Assembly: GCA_040954595.2 (NCBI GenBank)
Contig: CM082585.2
Location: 4,365,358-4,429,357, forward strand
Source: Balanoglossus misakiensis
Taxonomy: Eukaryota > Animalia > Hemichordata
Direction of reading: 5' to 3'
DNA: 64,000 nucleotides
Both the position numbers and the translations under genes were made by a program. Under the pieces are notes generated by a model. The model was not told the origin of the DNA, searched no databases, and was given only the letters and a program-made list of their open reading frames with translations. Shown one piece after another: positions 62,001-64,000 of the stretch. Position 1 is the first letter of the stretch. Each line of letters starts with the position of its first letter.

Positions 62001-62532
62001 ATGAGAAAATAATGCAGATTATATTACCATGGCCTGTGTATCGCATTTTGATTGGTCGAGAACGACGTCACTGACCACAAATACTTAAGTGAATACAACA
62101 TTTTGCGTAACACAAGTTCCGGGGGCCCCTGGTCTTTTGCGTGGGACATTTTCGTAATTTTTGAAGGTTTTCTTGAGTTCGTTGGTAATATAATGTAAAT
62201 AACCGACTCCGCCCTGACCATTAACGTTTGTTTATGGGCAGGGGCGAGGGGAAAGCCAGAAATTCATGGGCGAGGCTTCGTCCATTATTTCTATAATATG
62301 TATATATCAAACACATTTTTACCTCCGTGACAAACGAATAACTTTATAGCAGTCACAATTGTTATACTTACAATACGTGCAGGTTGCTAAGATGACGAAA
62401 CTTGTTAGTAGGAATTTCAGCAACGGAATTGTTAGACAGATCACTGTGAAAAACAAAAGAGTGAAACAATGTTATCAAAGTAGCAATGCACAATTCTTTA
62501 CCAAACAAGGAGTAATACACACATACATACGC

Positions 62533-62609
<77 letters not shown>

Positions 62610-63907
62610 TACATACATACATACATACATACATACATACATACATACATACATACATACATACATACATACATACGTTATACTTACAATTCAGCCATAT
62701 ATTGGAAATTGCTAAAGTCAACAAGTGATATGTTTAGTTTGTTTCCAGTGAAGTTCCTGAAATAAAGTACACAATAACACAGAATATTTCCATTAATATA
62801 TTCATTGTGACAGTTCAAGAGAGCTGAAGACACATCTATGGAGAAAGTCGTAATTCTAATCTTAAACGGCTGGTGATGGTATAGTTAATAAAAACGAGAA
62901 CTTACAATTTTCTCACATCAACCAGAGATGGCGGTATCTCTTCTATGAGATTATTTTCACAGAAGACAACATGTCCTTGGCATTTGCAACCGGGCGGGCA
63001 GCTGCTGTCTGCAAAGTGAAAAGGTTAATAAACTATCATGGTGGTTAATGCCTAGCAAAGATTTATTTCTATGGAGTATATTTAACTTCACATTTCAAAA
63101 CTTGGGGAATTATGTGCTTTGTGTGTAGTACAAAGTGAAAGATTAATAAACAATCATAGTGATGTATTTCCATGGAGTATATTTAACTTCATTTTTCTTG
63201 TTCTAATGATTAAACGGACTGTTTTCTATTGGAGGGTGAGGTGTTTAGTGTTTAGAACATTGTTTACACTTACCACAACCGATCTCATCGTCTCCATATT
63301 TACATTGTTTAACCCCATCACATCTCTGTGTCAGTGGTAAGCATTGTCTAGAACCATGGCAGTGGTAGTAGCCAGGGCAGGTGTAAGAATCTGCCAAAAC
63401 AGACGAGAACACGCTATTAAAAGTACTACAGGGGAGAAATGAAGTGGGCAATCCAGGACGGTATTGTCGTCAATTACATGTGTACCTTGAATGAGATAAA
63501 ATACCTGGACTTTTGATGGGGGGTTTAGAGTTGGAGTGAGGAAGGTGCAATGTCAACGGTCGCGTTGACGTTGGAACAGGGTGCACTCTTCGAAATTTTA
63601 AATCTGTAAATTGACTAATCGATGTATTCTACATCTCAATGTGACTGGTTTTGATGAGCCTCGACTAGGCGGCGATACGCTGATAGTACAAACATCAAAT
63701 GAAGAATAAACCAATCCAACTATTTCATCCTAGACGATGTTTGTATCAATATCTCGACACTATACTTTGTAACCGAAGTGATGGACTCACCACAATTATC
63801 TTCGTCGTGTCCGTTTGGACAGTCAGGAATTCCATTACATCGTCGATGAAGCGGTATGCAGTAAGATTCGGGACATTTGAACATACCACCTGGACAGTTG
63901 AACTGGT
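58303..63907 (-). CDS. GRL101-like: Copy C (3' part; starts beyond right edge): LDLax2-LRRNT-LRRx5-7TM-pseudokinase-like tail
   Basis: Exons: 63791-63907, 63274-63390, 62906-63008, 62688-62756, 62372-62443, 61916-61987, 61644-61715, 60970-61041, 59410-60437, 58807-59036, 58303-58458 (TAG). Every length equals copy B exons 31-41. Confidence 0.85.
59410..60437 (-). CDS. Copy C hinge plus 7TM exon
   Basis: Same 1028-nt exon as copy B, with about 9 aa differences from VEVCTP onward. Confidence 0.95.
62019..62296. mobile_element. Hairpin-plus-short-IR element with one hairpin arm deleted (family of 25521-25755)
   Basis: IR ttatattacca / tggtaatataa, with the same terminal sequences as the copy B element. 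Confidence 0.7.
62516..62675. repeat. (CA)n(TACA)n microsatellite
   Basis: Visible run, in the same intron position as 26204-26490 of copy B. Confidence 0.98.
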
Positions 63908-64000
63908 CTGTTAGGAGATAATTAATTATATTGGGATATTCACAGGGTAAATGCATACATCTCACCACCAACTAAGGCTTGTGTTAACATTGAACATTAT

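Noticed and set aside
672-63907. Gene copies as an assembly artefact
   Set aside because: Strong exon divergence, different exon counts and many private insertions argue for true paralogs, though uncollapsed divergent haplotypes cannot be fully excluded without reads.

Overview
AT-rich, intron-rich animal genomic DNA. The repeat content and gene family suggest a marine invertebrate, but the species cannot be determined from sequence alone. Almost the whole window is a head-to-tail tandem array, with a period of about 34-36 kb, of one very large minus-strand gene. It holds the 3' end of copy C (63907->58303), a complete copy B (52786->22001) and the 5' half of copy A (18435->672, running off the left edge). 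For copy B I could read 41 GT-AG exons totalling 7410 nt, about 2469 aa, with consistent phases throughout. Its architecture is signal peptide-EGFx2-LDLax4-F-type (fucose) lectin-EGFx2-C-type lectin-EGF-likex2-CUB-unrecognised ~170-aa domain-CUBx2-C-type lectin-degenerate C-type lectin-LDLax7-LRRNT-LRRx5-hinge-rhodopsin-class 7TM (GRL101/RXFP-like LGR), ending in a short intracellular kinase C-lobe remnant (pseudokinase). The distal lectin and LDLa exons are strongly diverged between paralogs, including changed sugar-binding motifs and a triplicated LDLa exon, while the CUB and 7TM exons are near-identical. This fits a diversifying glycan-sensing GPCR family. Introns carry many copy-specific insertions: TTAA-target TIR elements (one nested), a 9-bp-TSD MITE, a Helentron-like element with a 145-bp array, a truncated LINE, Penelope remnants and two hammerhead-ribozyme motifs. 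They also carry several unrelated elements sharing a 'long hairpin with CGAG/CTCG apex plus short inverted repeats' architecture. All exon and repeat calls were made by eye; no database searches were run.
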